Part shown: piece by piece, positions 34,875-47,454 of the stretch
How positions within the stretch are numbered: position 1 is the stretch's first letter
Layout of the letters: each line of letters opens with the position of its first letter
NCBI RefSeq assembly: GCF_001194135.2
Contig: NC_068996.1
Coordinates: forward strand, 23,849,096 to 23,902,659
DNA from: Octopus bimaculoides
Lineage: Eukaryota
DNA: 53,564 nucleotides
Direction of reading: 5' to 3'
Notes under the pieces: generated by a model
Seen by the model: only the letters and a program-made list of their open reading frames with translations
Database searches by the model: none
What the model was told of the DNA's origin: nothing
Program-made: the position numbers and the translations under genes

Positions 34875-36140
34875 ACTAAAGTCTTAGTAAGTAGGAAGGC
34901 AGACAAATCATAAATCCCTTCAGGTAGATGGCTCTGCTCAATCTGTAGAAAAGGCATAGGTAGAACTCCATAAGATGCACTTGATGTAAGCTTTGGACAC
35001 ATAAAAGATGCAACAATATCAGAGGAAACTAGCTTTTATACATGGAAGATGCACAGGTACAATAAACGCTGAAAGTTTGCGGAAAATAGACCCCATCAAC
35101 TGTCAGGGGAACAAGTTAAAGGTAGTAGATAGCTTCTGTTGTCTAAGTGATCAGTTGTGAGAATAAGATTAGGCTGGACAAACTTTAGAGAACTCCTACC
35201 TCAGCTGGCAACAAAGGGCCTCTCTCTCAGAGGGAAAGGTAGATTGTATGATGCTTGTGTGTGAACAGCTACACTACATGGCAGTGAAACATGGGCTGGG
35301 ACAGCCAAGGACATAAATAGGCATGAAAAAAATGAAGCAAGTATGCTTCACTGGATGTGCAATGTCAGTGTGTATGTTTGACAGAGTGTAAGCATCTTTA
35401 GAGAAAAGTTCGGCATAAGAAGCATCAGATGTGGTGTGCAAGAGAGACGACTGTACTGGTATGGTCATGTGATGCATATGGGTGGGGACAGCTGTGTAAA
35501 GAAGTGCTGATCTCTAACTGAGGAGGGAAACTGTGGTAAAGGTAGACCAAGAAAAACATGGTATGAAGTGGTGAAGCATGATCTTTGAACTTTGAGCCTC
35601 ACAGAGGCAATGACTAGTGACCAAGACCTTTGGCAATATGCTGTGCTTGAGAAGACCCATCAAACCAAGTGAAATCATAATCATGGCTGATGTCGGTGTC
35701 ACATAACTAGCACTTGTGCTGGTGGCACATAAAAAGCCCCTTTCAAGTGTTGGGCCTCACAGAGGCAAAGAGGCTGAGTTCCTTTTGAGCGTTGGGCCTC
35801 AGGGAGGCAAAGTGGCTGAGTTCTTTTTGAATGTTGGACCTCACAGAGGCAATAACCGAGACATTTGGTATTATGTCATTCTTGAGAAGAAGATTCATGA
35901 AGCTGAGCAAAATTGCAGTCGTGGTAGATACCGGTGTTACGCAAATGGCACCTATGCCGGTGGCATGTAAATGCACCTATTACGCTCTCAGAGTGGTTGG
36001 CGTTAGGAATGGCATCCAGCCATAGAAGACCATGCCAAATCAGACTGGAGTCTGGTGCAGCCTTCCAGCTTACCAGACCTGGTCAAACTGTCCAACTCCT
36101 GTCAGCATGGACAATGGATTTTAAATGATGATGATGATGA
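34875..36140 (+). mobile_element. RTE LINE, 5'-truncated (ORF2 C-terminus, 3' UTR, GAT tail)
   Basis: Colinear with 9095-9870 and continuing into the 3' UTR; a 39-bp triplication at 35745-35860. Confidence 0.9.
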
Positions 36141-36205
36141 TATACATACACACCTACACACACATATATATATGTATATATAGACATGTATACATGCACA
36201 CATGT

Positions 36206-36586
36206 GGAGGCGCAATGGCCCAGTGGTTAGGGCAGTGAACTCGCGGTCATAGGATCGTGGTTTCGATTCCCAGACCGGGCATTGTGAGTGTTTATTGAGC
36301 GAAAACACCTAAAAGCTCCACGAGGCTCCGGCGGGGGATGGTGGTGAACCCTGCTGTACTCTTTCACCACAACTTTCTCTCACTCTTTCTTCCTGTTTCT
36401 GTTGTGCCTGTAATTCAAAGGGTCAGCCTTGTCACACTGTGTCATGCTGAATATCCCCGAGAACTACGTTAAGGGTACACGTGTCTGTGGAGTGCTCAGC
36501 CACTTGCAAATTAATTTCATGAGCAGGCTGTTCCGTTGATCGGATCAACTGGAACCCTCGACGTCATAAGCGACGGAGTGCCAACA
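36206..36586 (+). mobile_element. SINE family D, full length and young
   Basis: GGCCCAGTGGTTAGG A-box, GGTTTCGATTCCC B-box, CpG retained, ends GACGGAGTGCCAACA. Confidence 0.9.
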
Positions 36587-37155
36587 CATGCACACATACA
36601 TACTTACATACATATATATAGAAAGAATATGAGGAGTTTATGCCAGCATGACACAAACTAATAGGTGTGCTTTCTGAGTGTTTAAACAGGTGTGCTACCT
36701 TTTACCTTTTTATCTTTATTCCATGCACAACACTGGATCTGCTACCATTCAATTTCATCTTCCTTTAATATAGCATACTGAATAACAAGTCTTTTCTTCT
36801 CCTCACCATGCTGTGCCACTTAACCATTCTTTCTGATCATTGATTTACCCAAAGAAGACCCAATCCAACTGGATTTAATTGGAACCTCCTACCCTCCTGG
36901 ACATAATGAACCACAACAAATATCATTGATATCTACCCAATATTTCTCCGATGACAGAATACCCATCTTATAGAGTCTTCATTTGTTACAATTCTCCAGT
37001 AGCTGGGATATCCCAAAAGCAGCTGTCAGAGACTATCTTTACCATTTTTTACTACTTTTACCGTTCGTTATGTAGCTAAATTTTTTAATGAAATGAAATC
37101 ATTTGTCCTTGACCTGCATTGACTAATTGTTTGCCCTTCCGCTCTACTTTAACCT

Positions 37156-37209
<54 letters not shown>

Positions 37210-37358
37210 TATGGATAATATAGAATTCCAGATGTATACCCAGTAATACAATCAATCTCACTGTATGAGAGTATTTGCTAGCTGACACCTGTCGATGAAC
37301 TTTGTGAAGCAAACTACAGAATTTATACACAAATTGAATTGACATATGAAATATATAT

Positions 37359-37676
37359 ATATATAATATAAATATATAGATATAAGTATATATCCATACA
37401 TATATGTACATACCTACATCTATACCTAGTCTGCGTTTAGATGGACAGGGACAACTGACGAAGGGACATACTCTTTATGTTGCATGTCTCGTTTCTCTGT
37501 TTGTTTTTTCGTTGTTCGAAAAAAGTTCGCTTTCTGTTTTCGTTTTTCATTTCTCATTGTGTTTAACGTTTTTTTGATGTCCTGCACTTATATATGCATG
37601 TATGTATACATATAGATGTAGTTATGTACATATATGTATGGATATATGCATATATCTATATATTTATATTATTATA
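37359..37676. mobile_element. Repeat with ~65-bp inverted arms, possibly a PLE pseudo-LTR with an inverted 5' segment
   Basis: 37359-37423 is approximately the reverse complement of 37612-37676. The right-hand part recurs at ~1785-1880 and ~27075-27175. Confidence 0.6.
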
Positions 37677-38473
37677 TGATTGAATGCCATGCATCCTTTT
37701 CCAAGTATATATATACGCATATATGTGTATACAAATATGTGTATGTGTGTGTGTGTGTGTGTGTATAATAATAATAAGAAGAATGGGTCTCAGTCACGAT
37801 TTAGGGTCACAAGTTTTCAGCAATATGACCAATGAAGCTATCATTAGGTTGATTGAATATGAATGATTGAGAATTCCACAGATAGGTGTATTCTTATAAT
37901 TCTCAATTAGAATCAGCTTGATACATGTGACAAGTTTGTATCTTTGAATTTTAAGCACAATCCATCATTTTATAAGCTTCCATACAAGTTCCATTTATCT
38001 AGTTTCACCCATGAGACAATTTCAGTTGATGCTGCAACAAAAGGCAACTTGTGGAATTGAAACGTATTAGTTGTGATCTGAAAGTGAATCTCTTAACCAT
38101 TTCTCCATGTTTTGTCTACACACACACACACAAAATTGATTATGTGGAAGCAATAGTAATAGGATCCAGTGAGGAAAGTGTCATGGGCATTGGGGGAAAG
38201 GACAGTACAGCGAGAGCAAGAAGGGTCTCCAGGTTAGATGTAACACAAGGTAAATGAATTATGGGCATATAGAACATGTAGATTGCAGGTGCATTTGAAA
38301 GAAGTGGGAGAGATGGCACTCCAGTCAGACTGGGGAATTTGAAATACGCACAGGATAGTAACAAACAAATTTAAAACCTTAATATCATAAAATAATTAAA
38401 GAGGTCAAATCAATCTATTTTAACCACTTGTACTCAAACCTACTTAATTATTCTTTATCTTTTACTTATTTAA

Positions 38474-38764
38474 CCCTTTATCATTCAGATTCCTCTGTCA
38501 AATGTAGTGCTTATTTCACTGTTAATATATTTCACTGTAGTGCAAATGTAGTGCTTATTTCACTGATAATTTCACTGTAGTGCTTATATCACACTGATAT
38601 GAATTAGTCATGCATTACCTTGTAGCTTGGAGCTTTTCAGTGATGTGATTGTTTATTTTTAGAATAATATTGTAGGGTAAGAGTGAGAGGCTGGATCTGG
38701 TCAGTTTGAAGATAATACAGGCAGATTATTTTGGTCAGATATGGCTGGTTTAAAAACTAAAGGG
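38474..38764. mobile_element. piggyBac-type MITE
   Basis: TTAA-CCCTTTA...TAAAGGG-TTAA; internal ~45-bp tandem duplication; inverted sibling at 46235. Confidence 0.85.
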
Positions 38765-38804
38765 TTAAATTATTGGACTGTTGGGTGGGCTACTGCCTTG
38801 AAAA

Positions 38805-39120
38805 TCCCAGTACTCATTTGTTTTCATTAAGTCTGATACTGATGTCATAGGTCTCTTTTGCCAAACCACTAAGTTACAGGGATGTTAACAAACCAACAAG
38901 TGATTGTCAAGTATTTGGAGGTGAGGGGCAAATACAAACATAACCCCACCACACACACACACATGTATATATGATGGGCTTCCACACAATTTCCATCAAT
39001 TTACTCACAAGTCATTGGTTGGCCCAACGCTATATTAAAAGACATGCCCAAGAAGCCACACAGTCAGACTGAAACCAAAACAAAGTGGTTGCTAAGTGAG
39101 CTTCTTAACCACACAGCTAA
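38805..39120 (-). mobile_element. SINE family A, diverged
   Basis: Reverse-complement colinearity with 17702-18050. Confidence 0.75.
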
Positions 39121-39351
39121 GCTGGGAACTATTAATTAAACATTTGAAAATATAGCAGTATGAAATATGACAGATGCTATATTTGCAATGAGGGTACAAC
39201 TTGTGGTTCTTTGTCTCATCCCAACATGCTGATTGCTTTTCAAAGAACACATTTAATATTGTCTGCGTCTTCTCTCATGAAGCAGTTCACAGTAGCATGA
39301 TATCATATCCAGAACACCTGACCCAAATTTACTGCAGTGTTCCCAACTCAG

Positions 39352-39600
39352 GTCATCATCATCATCATCATTTAACATCCATTTTTTATGCTGGTATAGC
39401 CTGGATGGCTTCACAGGAACTAGCAAAGCCAAAAGACACACTAAGTTCCATAGTCTGTTTTGGCTTAGTTTCTATAACTGGATGCCTTTCCTAATGCCAA
39501 CCACTTTACAAAGTGTACTGGGTGCTTTTTACTTGGCACCAGCACCAGTGCATTTTACAATGCACCAGCAATCATACCAAAGCTTTTTATGTGATACTTT
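39352..39600 (-). mobile_element. RTE 3' tail
   Basis: (CAT)n TTTAAC...CTGGATGCCTTTCCTAATGCCAACCAC. Confidence 0.75.
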
Positions 39601-39769
39601 GGATTTAAGATCTCAATTCTATTGTGGTAGATAGATTTTCTCAAGTACAGCAATGCACCCCATATTTCAGTTCTCTCTCATCTTCTTTGTAAGGTTCAGT
39701 GTTTTGAGTTCAGCTTTCAATACTTTGTCCTGTCTTCTACAGCTTCCCTCCACTTGTCCTCAATAAATT

Positions 39770-39990
39770 AGTCTGTGATTTATGTATTCATGGTGATGCT
39801 ATTACTGAACGATTCAGTAATAAGTGTTCTTTCTTATAACACTAGCACTACGGCAGAGTCTTTAGGCTCCTTCCTGATGTGATGCTGTGCTAACTCTTGA
39901 AGATCTTCATTAGGTAAACTTTTAGCATGAGACTATTAACTTTCACAAATCTTTTACATTGACATTTTTGCATTCTTGCTTCATTGGTCA
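39770..39990 (-). mobile_element. pogo/Tigger-like transposase C-terminal fossil
   Basis: NVNVKDL..LI.SHAKSLPNEDLQELAQ resembles the Tigger V.ELL.SH..L.NEDL.EL motif. Confidence 0.5.
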
Positions 39991-40329
39991 TTGTAGCTTT
40001 AGTCTTATTGTCAAAGCAACACATAAGCGATAATTCTAATAACAGTGAGAGTATTTGAAGGTGCTGTCTACCAGTCTTGTCTTGGTGTTATTTTGCTTTT
40101 GTTCATTAGCAGGTATTGTTTACCTCTCTAGTTTTTTCAGACGCTTGTCTAGATCCAGTTTCCAGTGGGGACAAACATCAGCAACATTCTCCCACCATTC
40201 AACAACAATGTAGAGACTTCGTATCTCTCTTGCAGACATCTTTGAAATGAAGGTGGTAGTTATGTCTTTTGAGATCTTGTCATCTGGCATGTGGTGACTC
40301 AAATCTTAAGAACTACAAAAAATATATTA

Positions 40330-40706
40330 CCTTTTATGCTCTACTTGTTTCAGTCATTTGACTGTGGCCATTCTGGAGCACCACCTTGAAGAATTTTTAG
40401 TCAAATGAATCAACCCCAGTACTTATTTTTTTTAAAAGCCTGATACTTATCCTATTGATCTCTTTTGCTAAAGCGCTAAGTTACAGGAACATAAACACAC
40501 CAACAGAGATGGTGGTGGGGACAGAGATACTAAGATGCACATATATATATAATGGGCTTCTTTCAGTTTCCATCTACTGAATCTACTCACAAGGCTTTGA
40601 TTGGTCCAAAATAGAAGACACTTGCCCAAGGTACCATGCAGTGGGATTGAAACCAGAACCATGTGATTGGGAAGCAAGCTTCTTACCACACAGCCACCCC
40701 TGCACC
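40330..40706 (-). mobile_element. SINE family A, full length
   Basis: Reverse-complement colinearity with 17702-18102. Confidence 0.85.
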
Positions 40707-40825
40707 TATATNNNNNNNNNNNNNNNNNNNNNNNNNNNNNNNNNNNNNNNNNNNNNNNNNNNNNNNNNNNNNNNNNNNNNNNNNNNNNNNNNNNNNNNNN
40801 NNNTATATATATATATATATATGTA

Positions 40826-41278
40826 CCATAAATCCTTGAGTATAATCCGCATTTTTTCCCAAACATTTAAAGGTCAAAATCCCTAGTGCGTACTATACAC
40901 GATGTTAAAAATTTTGAATATTTTCTAAGCAATGTCCGAGTCTCTATTTGCTGCCCGGCAATGTTTATGCAGACAAATTTTGTGACGTTGGGCGCGAAAA
41001 TACCTTAAGCTATATATATTTTTCACTGACGTTATTACTATTATTTCTTTATTTTCTGCAAACAAAGTGCACAAAAAAGCTATGTTATATATACAATAAT
41101 AATAAAGGACGTTACCGTATATATGTTTACAAACCAAGGATGTTATATAGACCTCCTTGACTCAAGTTAGAGACGGGGTGTGTATTATACACAAGGTTTA
41201 GGTTTTTCAGAAGTACAGCCCCCTAAAAATCCCCTGTGTATTATACCTCAAGAGTGGACTATACTCAAGGATTTATGG
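40826..41278. mobile_element. Tc1/mariner-superfamily (pogo-like) MITE
   Basis: TA-flanked ~25-bp TIRs CCATAAATCCTTGAGTATA(A/G)TCC; subterminal GTG(C/T)GTA(C/T)TATAC repeats. Confidence 0.85.
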
Positions 41279-41845
41279 TAGTCTACTGAAAAAGATGTTT
41301 GTGTAAAATTCTGTGGAAAATCATTTCGGTAAACTTTAAAAAAGTTTTTCATTGAAATAATTGGTGAATATAGTTGCAGATTTTTCAATTCTGCATTACT
41401 GAAAACAAAAGCTAGAAGTAAAAGAAGATAGAAATAAAATAACTAAAGTCAACAAGAACATTAGAGAAAGAGAACTAAGGGAATAGCACTAAAATATGGC
41501 TCCAAATGTGAAATTAAGGCATGTGTTGGATAATGTAATTTAGTTTTATTATATAGAAGAGCAAGTATTTTCATTGGAAGTTATCAAATTTCTCAGATAT
41601 ACATATATATATATGATGAGCTTCTTTCAGTTTCTGTCTACCAAATACTCTCACAATTTCTCTTCAAAGACATAGCATTTAATTGTATGGAGAGAGAGAA
41701 AGAGAGAGAGACAGAAAAGAGAGGGTGAGTGAGAAAGAGAGAGAGAGAAAGAGAGATTGAAAAAAGTATCTATGTTATAAAGTGAGATTCTGTTAAAATA
41801 TATCTTAAAATAGTTCTCTTTCTTTAATGTTTTGCACAATATATA

Positions 41846-42050
41846 AGGAGGTGCTGAAAAATTCGTGGCTTTAAAGGTATCACTAAAAGCCTGGTTGGAG
41901 GCCCACCCTTCCGAGTTCTTTTACAAGGCTTAGGGAAACTGAAGGATCGCTGCAGTAAGTGTGTAAATCTGAGAGGGGAATATATTGAATAAAAATCATA
42001 ATTAACTGCTGATCCTTTTGTATACCCAAAGCCAGAAACTTTCCCCCTCA
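41846..42050 (+). mobile_element. mariner deletion derivative
   Basis: 41927-41992 encodes GLGKLKDRCSKCVNLRGEYIE* (mariner C-terminus); imperfect TIRs with TA flanks. Confidence 0.8.
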
Positions 42051-42410
42051 TATAAAAAAAAAAAAAGAAAAAGAAAGAAAGAAAAGCAGAGCATGACATT
42101 TTGACAAGGTATTTTTATGTACAGAGTTATGTAACAGCCATGACAATTAACTAAATGATACAAATATTACGTTATATACAATAGATATCACACATTTATA
42201 ATTGTAGAACACAAAGTTGATAAATGATTACCAATACAGTTCCAAATAGATATGGACATAAAACCATTAGGGAAGCAATTCTTTTTCATTTTTTCTTTTT
42301 GTTATCATTAATGTCTCTAAGAGGTGCTCTTTATTTATTTATTTATTTCTGTTAAGTTAGCCTTCACTTTGGTCTTCGTTACAAATAGCAAAGATTTGAT
42401 TAAAATATTT

Positions 42411-42866
42411 TTACAATTTTACAGTGTATGTGCCTGAAAAAAAAAAAAAAGAAAAGAAAAACAACAACATAAAAAAAACTGTATACTCTAGACATAAACA
42501 ATATAATTAATTAACAATCCTGATATTAAAAAAAAAAAATAATATTCACATTGATGATACAGTTTAAACATAAGATATACAGGGAAAAAAAAATAAACAA
42601 AAAATTCCAATATAAACAAATTTTTGCATGAAATCATAGCTAATTTATCAATTCTGTTAGTTTTATGAAACTTATGTTATGAAGTACAAACACTACTGTT
42701 TTGCAGTGTGTCTGTGAATATAGATATGTGTGTATGTAGGGATGTTTGTGTTGTTTATATATATAAACACACACACACACACACATATATATATTCATAT
42801 ATACATATGTATGTACGCATGTGTATATATGTATATGTATGTATTTATACAAGTCTAACTCTAATC

Positions 42867-42946
<80 letters not shown>

Positions 42947-43476
42947 AATTATGCACATACATACATACACATACATATGTATGCAGATATAAAATACACA
43001 CATTTATATATGGATGTACAAATGGGAAAAAAATGCACTTGATACATGTGGTAGAGTATTTTTATTCAATTTGTAGCTGGTGATTCACTTTGTTGCTGCT
43101 CAGAGTTTCAAACTATGGATAATCCTTCAGATAACAATTAATGTCTTTCTATCTCCTGAAGGAGTACACACACACACACACAGATGTAAGTGTGTGCTGC
43201 TTACACAAAGCAATAAAAATTAAATCCAATAAGGTATTGAGAATAAAGACAGAAAAAATATCAACAAACTTTAACAAGGTGCTGAGCTGACCTTATAGAA
43301 GCACACAAATATTCTTTGTGGTGGGAAAAGTACCCTTGGTAGTAGCCTCTCTCACCTTCCATAGAAACAATTGAAATCAATCTGGAAATAACACACAACT
43401 TATCAGCTTCTATGTGTATTCTTTGTTTCCTGTTTTGGCAAGTCTGTAAATATTTTATTTACCTCACATCGGTGTG
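42411..43476 (-). CDS. Candidate 3' micro-exon chain of an unidentified gene (43476-43463, 43381-43356, 42433 to stop)
   Basis: Canonical acceptors and donors at each piece, phase-consistent in two frames: [20 protein letters not shown] or [23 protein letters not shown]. Confidence 0.35.
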
Positions 43477-43813
43477 CTAAACAAAGTCAAATAGCTTTGT
43501 AGTTTTGCCTAGATATTTTTTTAATACTAGAATATGGCTCAAAAAAATTGGCTAGAGACAATGGTGGTGGTGGTAGCAGTAGTGGTGTGCATAACAGTGG
43601 TTGAGAATAAACTTGAGTTTATTAGTGGCACTTAATTTATCAAACCTACACTGAAGGGGAAAAAGGCAACACTGGGTAGGATTTGAACTCAGAATGAAAA
43701 AGGTCAAAATATATATATGTAATCTATTATGAATTATATAGACTGCATTTACCTTAAAACTAGTTATCTCTGATATGTAACCTCATTATGTGAATACACA
43801 TATATCATTTGAA

Positions 43814-43881
<68 letters not shown>

Positions 43882-44639
43882 CACACACATACATATATAT
43901 ATATACACACACGTAATATTTGCATTCATTTAAGAATATGAGTAAATAAACTGCTGAGAGCATAAAACCTCAGGCTAACCATTCCTATACGTATATTTTA
44001 CTCATACTGATCAATGTATGCAAGTACAAAACACTGCATCTATATAGAGTTTTATAATTTCTTTATATTATTTATCAAGCACAAAACTTTATATATAGGT
44101 ACAGGCATGGCTGTGCATCTAGCTTCAATTCCACTGCATAGAATCTTTTGTAAGTGGCTTCTACCAAGGGTCTGGGTGGATTAAAAAAAAAACCCTGCAG
44201 GTGAAATTTGGCAATCAGAAATGGTGTAGAAGCCTGTTGGATGAAGAAAATAATTCAAAGACTCCTTTTAGGTGAAAGGCAGTGGGTACAGAAATAGAAC
44301 CCCAGAGGTAGACATTGGCAATCTAATTCTGTAATGTGTACTGGCAGGAAAGCTTTGTGGATGTCAATATCCAACAAGAGCTCCAGAAGTCAGATTTGAC
44401 TTGACAGTTTCATCCATGTATATAATGTACATTTAACATATAAGACACTCACACATACTTATTATTAGTGATGGAAAGAGTATTAATGCCAAAACGTTAA
44501 TCATTATATCCATGGATGCCTTGTTAACACAAATACTGTTATTAACCAGTTGGATCTCACAAGGCTAATAACGCAGTATTTGGTGTTCTAACAAAGCATT
44601 CATGTTAAGTTGGATATATATGTAACAACACCATCCGAG

Positions 44640-45056
44640 TGGGATCACTGCCAGAGCAGTGGTCTGGCTTCCATGCTAGTGGCACGTAAAAAGCACCATT
44701 TGAGCATGATCGTTACCAGCGTCGCCTTACTGGTACTTTTGGCGGTAGATGTGAACAAAATATTCGAGCGAGGTCGTTGCCAGCATCACTGGACTGACTC
44801 CTGTGCAGGTGACATGTAAAAGCACCATTTGAGTGTGGCCGTTGCCAGTACCGCCAGACTGGCCCTCGTCCCAGTGGCACGTAAAAGCACGCACTACACT
44901 CGCGGAGTGGTTGGCATTAGGAAGGGCATCCAGCTGTAGAAACTCCACCAGATCAGATTGGAGCCTGGTGCAGACATCTGGTTTGCCTGTCTTCAGTCAA
45001 ATCGTCCAACCCATGCTAGCATGGAAAGCGGACATTAAACGATGATGATGATGATA
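44640..45056 (+). mobile_element. RTE 3' UTR with four ~65-nt units and a GAT tail
   Basis: Same tail as 1480-1636 and 36000-36140. Confidence 0.85.
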
Positions 45057-45510
45057 TATATCCAACTTTTATATATGTATGTGTTATATATATGAGAGAA
45101 ACAGACAGACAGATAGTCAAAGAGAATGCTTTGTGGCATTTTTTCTGAGCATCTGTGTCTTGTGTTCAAATTCCACCAGCACTGGACAATGTGCCTTTAT
45201 CTTTTAGGGTTGATAAATACTGTCGAAAGGGTTTGGATTAGTGGGGTTACTTGAGTGTCCCACCAGATGGTCTGTGATATTTGATTTATGTCAGCTCTTT
45301 GTATTCTTATGGCAATGTCTGTGAGTACAGAGATTGGAGGGGAAAGCACTTTGCTTGAATCTGTGTCCTCAAGAGGAAGTTTCAAGGTACACAGCCATGG
45401 TCTCAAGACCAGAGAGAGATGAGTGCTTAATATATTGTTATAGAGTATGTGATTTATTAAAACTAAATATTTATCTTGTGATTGCTGTTTCACATTATTT
45501 GTAATCTTTG

Positions 45511-45551
<41 letters not shown>

Positions 45552-45553
45552 GT

Positions 45554-45632
45554 AGTATATTGCCACTTAAGTGTGGCTGACCCCTAGGGGTGGATGTTAC
45601 TGTTGCTTTTAGCCCCAGGAGGACATCTCCTC
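45554..45632 (-). mobile_element. Second copy of part of the hammerhead-bearing repeat (ribozyme part absent)
   Basis: About 90% identical to the reverse complement of 20440-20519. Confidence 0.85.
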
Positions 45633-45644
45633 ATTTAGAGAATT

Positions 45645-45687
<43 letters not shown>

Positions 45688-46234
45688 CAAAGATTACAAA
45701 TATATATATACACACACACGTTTCTTTTTACTGTCTTCTTCACTTCTCTCGATATGCATAAAAGTTGCTAATAGCTACACTACAATGAATAATACTTATA
45801 GAATTAAAAATGCAATTAAAATGAATATGAAATGTACCAATGATAAAAAAAAAATTCATAATATAGAAATTAACATACTATGTATTGTTATCCATATTAT
45901 AATATATTTTACTCTGATTAATACTATTTAATATTGAGATTATATACCCATAAATATAGGTGCTATATGTGTGTGTGAAGTGTTGTTAACATTATATTCT
46001 GGGAGCTGGAGGCCGGGGCAATGTGGTTAAAGTTGAAGTCATTTCTTAACAACAAGCCACTTAATTGTTAAGCTATGGAAGGGGTTGATGAGCTGAGCCG
46101 TCAGAGGAGGCACCCTCCAGTTGAACTGGCAGAAATGGTAGCTAAATCTTTGCCAAACAACATTCTACCATCTAAAAAACAGATTAGAGTGATTTAATAT
46201 TGGATAAGCCAGTTCAAACCAGGAGTCTATTTAA

Positions 46235-46438
46235 CCCTTTAGCATTTAAACCGGTCAAAATATTCTACATGTTTGCTGTTCAAACTGGCCAGACTGGCCT
46301 CTCACACCTACCCTACAATGTCAATCTAAAGATAATCACACCATCAAAATCTTGTAGCTACGAGATAATGCACAATTAATTCAAAACATTTGAATAAATA
46401 AGTATTATGTTTGACAGAATAATCTGAATGCTAAAGGA
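46235..46438. mobile_element. piggyBac-type MITE, inverted sibling of 38474-38764
   Basis: TTAA-CCCTTTAG...CTAAAGGA-TTAA. Confidence 0.8.
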
Positions 46439-46829
46439 TTAATCAATTTTGAAAATAATGAAGAATTTAGCAGAATAACTGTGTCATTAAGCTGGTGTTT
46501 GGAACATAAATTAACATAAAAGATTTTATTATATATATATATATATATATATGTATGTACACATTGTAGTCCAGATGTGCTATGGTCTAATATTGTAAAG
46601 TAAAAGAAAAGTTGATTCTAGGTCTGTTCAATCATAGAAAACCTAGGGCTTAATACTACCACTGCCACCACCACTATAACCACCATTTTGGAAAACAAAA
46701 ACTGTGATATGACTGCCATTAATTCATCAAACATTGCAATTCCTAGATATAAAATAAATTGAGAAACAACCAAACTAGATATATACACAAACAGACTTAC
46801 TAATAAACTTTGCAAATTTAATTACATAT

Positions 46830-46884
<55 letters not shown>

Positions 46885-47454
46885 AAAATGTTGGATTCAA
46901 TTTAAGCATCATTATTTCACTTATGTTAACATAGCTATTTAATTTTATTTTCATTGCTGAATTTAAATTATCAATTGAAACAAAACTCCAAGTCACAGAT
47001 AATTAAATACGGAAATTAGCTTGTTAGCAAATTAAAGTATGTCATTATCCTAATCAATACATACACTCACACACATACACAGGTGCAAGTGATTGCAATA
47101 CAGTAGTACGTTTCTATAATNNNNNNNNNNNNNNNNNNNNNNNNNNNNNNNNNNNNNNNNNNNNNNNNNNNNNNNNNNNNNNNNNNNNNNNNNNNNNNNN
47201 NNNNNNNNNNNNNNNNNNNNNNNNNNNNNNNNNNNNNNNNNNNNNNNNNNNNNNNNNNNNNNNNNNNNNNNNNNNNNNNNNNNNNNNNNNNNNNNNNNNN
47301 NNNNNNNNNNNNNNNNNNNNNNNNNNNNNNNNNNNNNNNNNNNNNNNNNNNNNNNNNNNNNNNNNNNNNNNNNNNNNNNNNNNNNNNNNNNNNNNNNNNN
47401 NNNNNNNNNNNNNNNNNNNNNNNNNNNNNNNNNNNNNNNNNNNNNNNNNNNNNG

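Noticed and set aside
36206-36275. tRNA genes at SINE heads (also 17702 and 24536)
   Set aside because: A and B boxes are present, but no complete cloverleaf is evident and the sequence continues into SINE bodies.
37455-37530. CTGACGA...GAAA as a hammerhead
   Set aside because: No stem II closes before GAAA and no stem I partner follows a cleavage triplet.
38140-38364. Possible third PLE GIY-YIG relic or host exon
   Set aside because: It is too degraded to support either call.
45197-45493. 98-aa - strand ORF, and a possible + strand 92-nt exon
   Set aside because: Both strands are open, no homology is recognisable, and the splice signals are only moderate.
46578-46590. 13-mer identical to part of the 16-bp minisatellite unit
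   Set aside because: It is an isolated match with no flanking similarity, so chance cannot be excluded.
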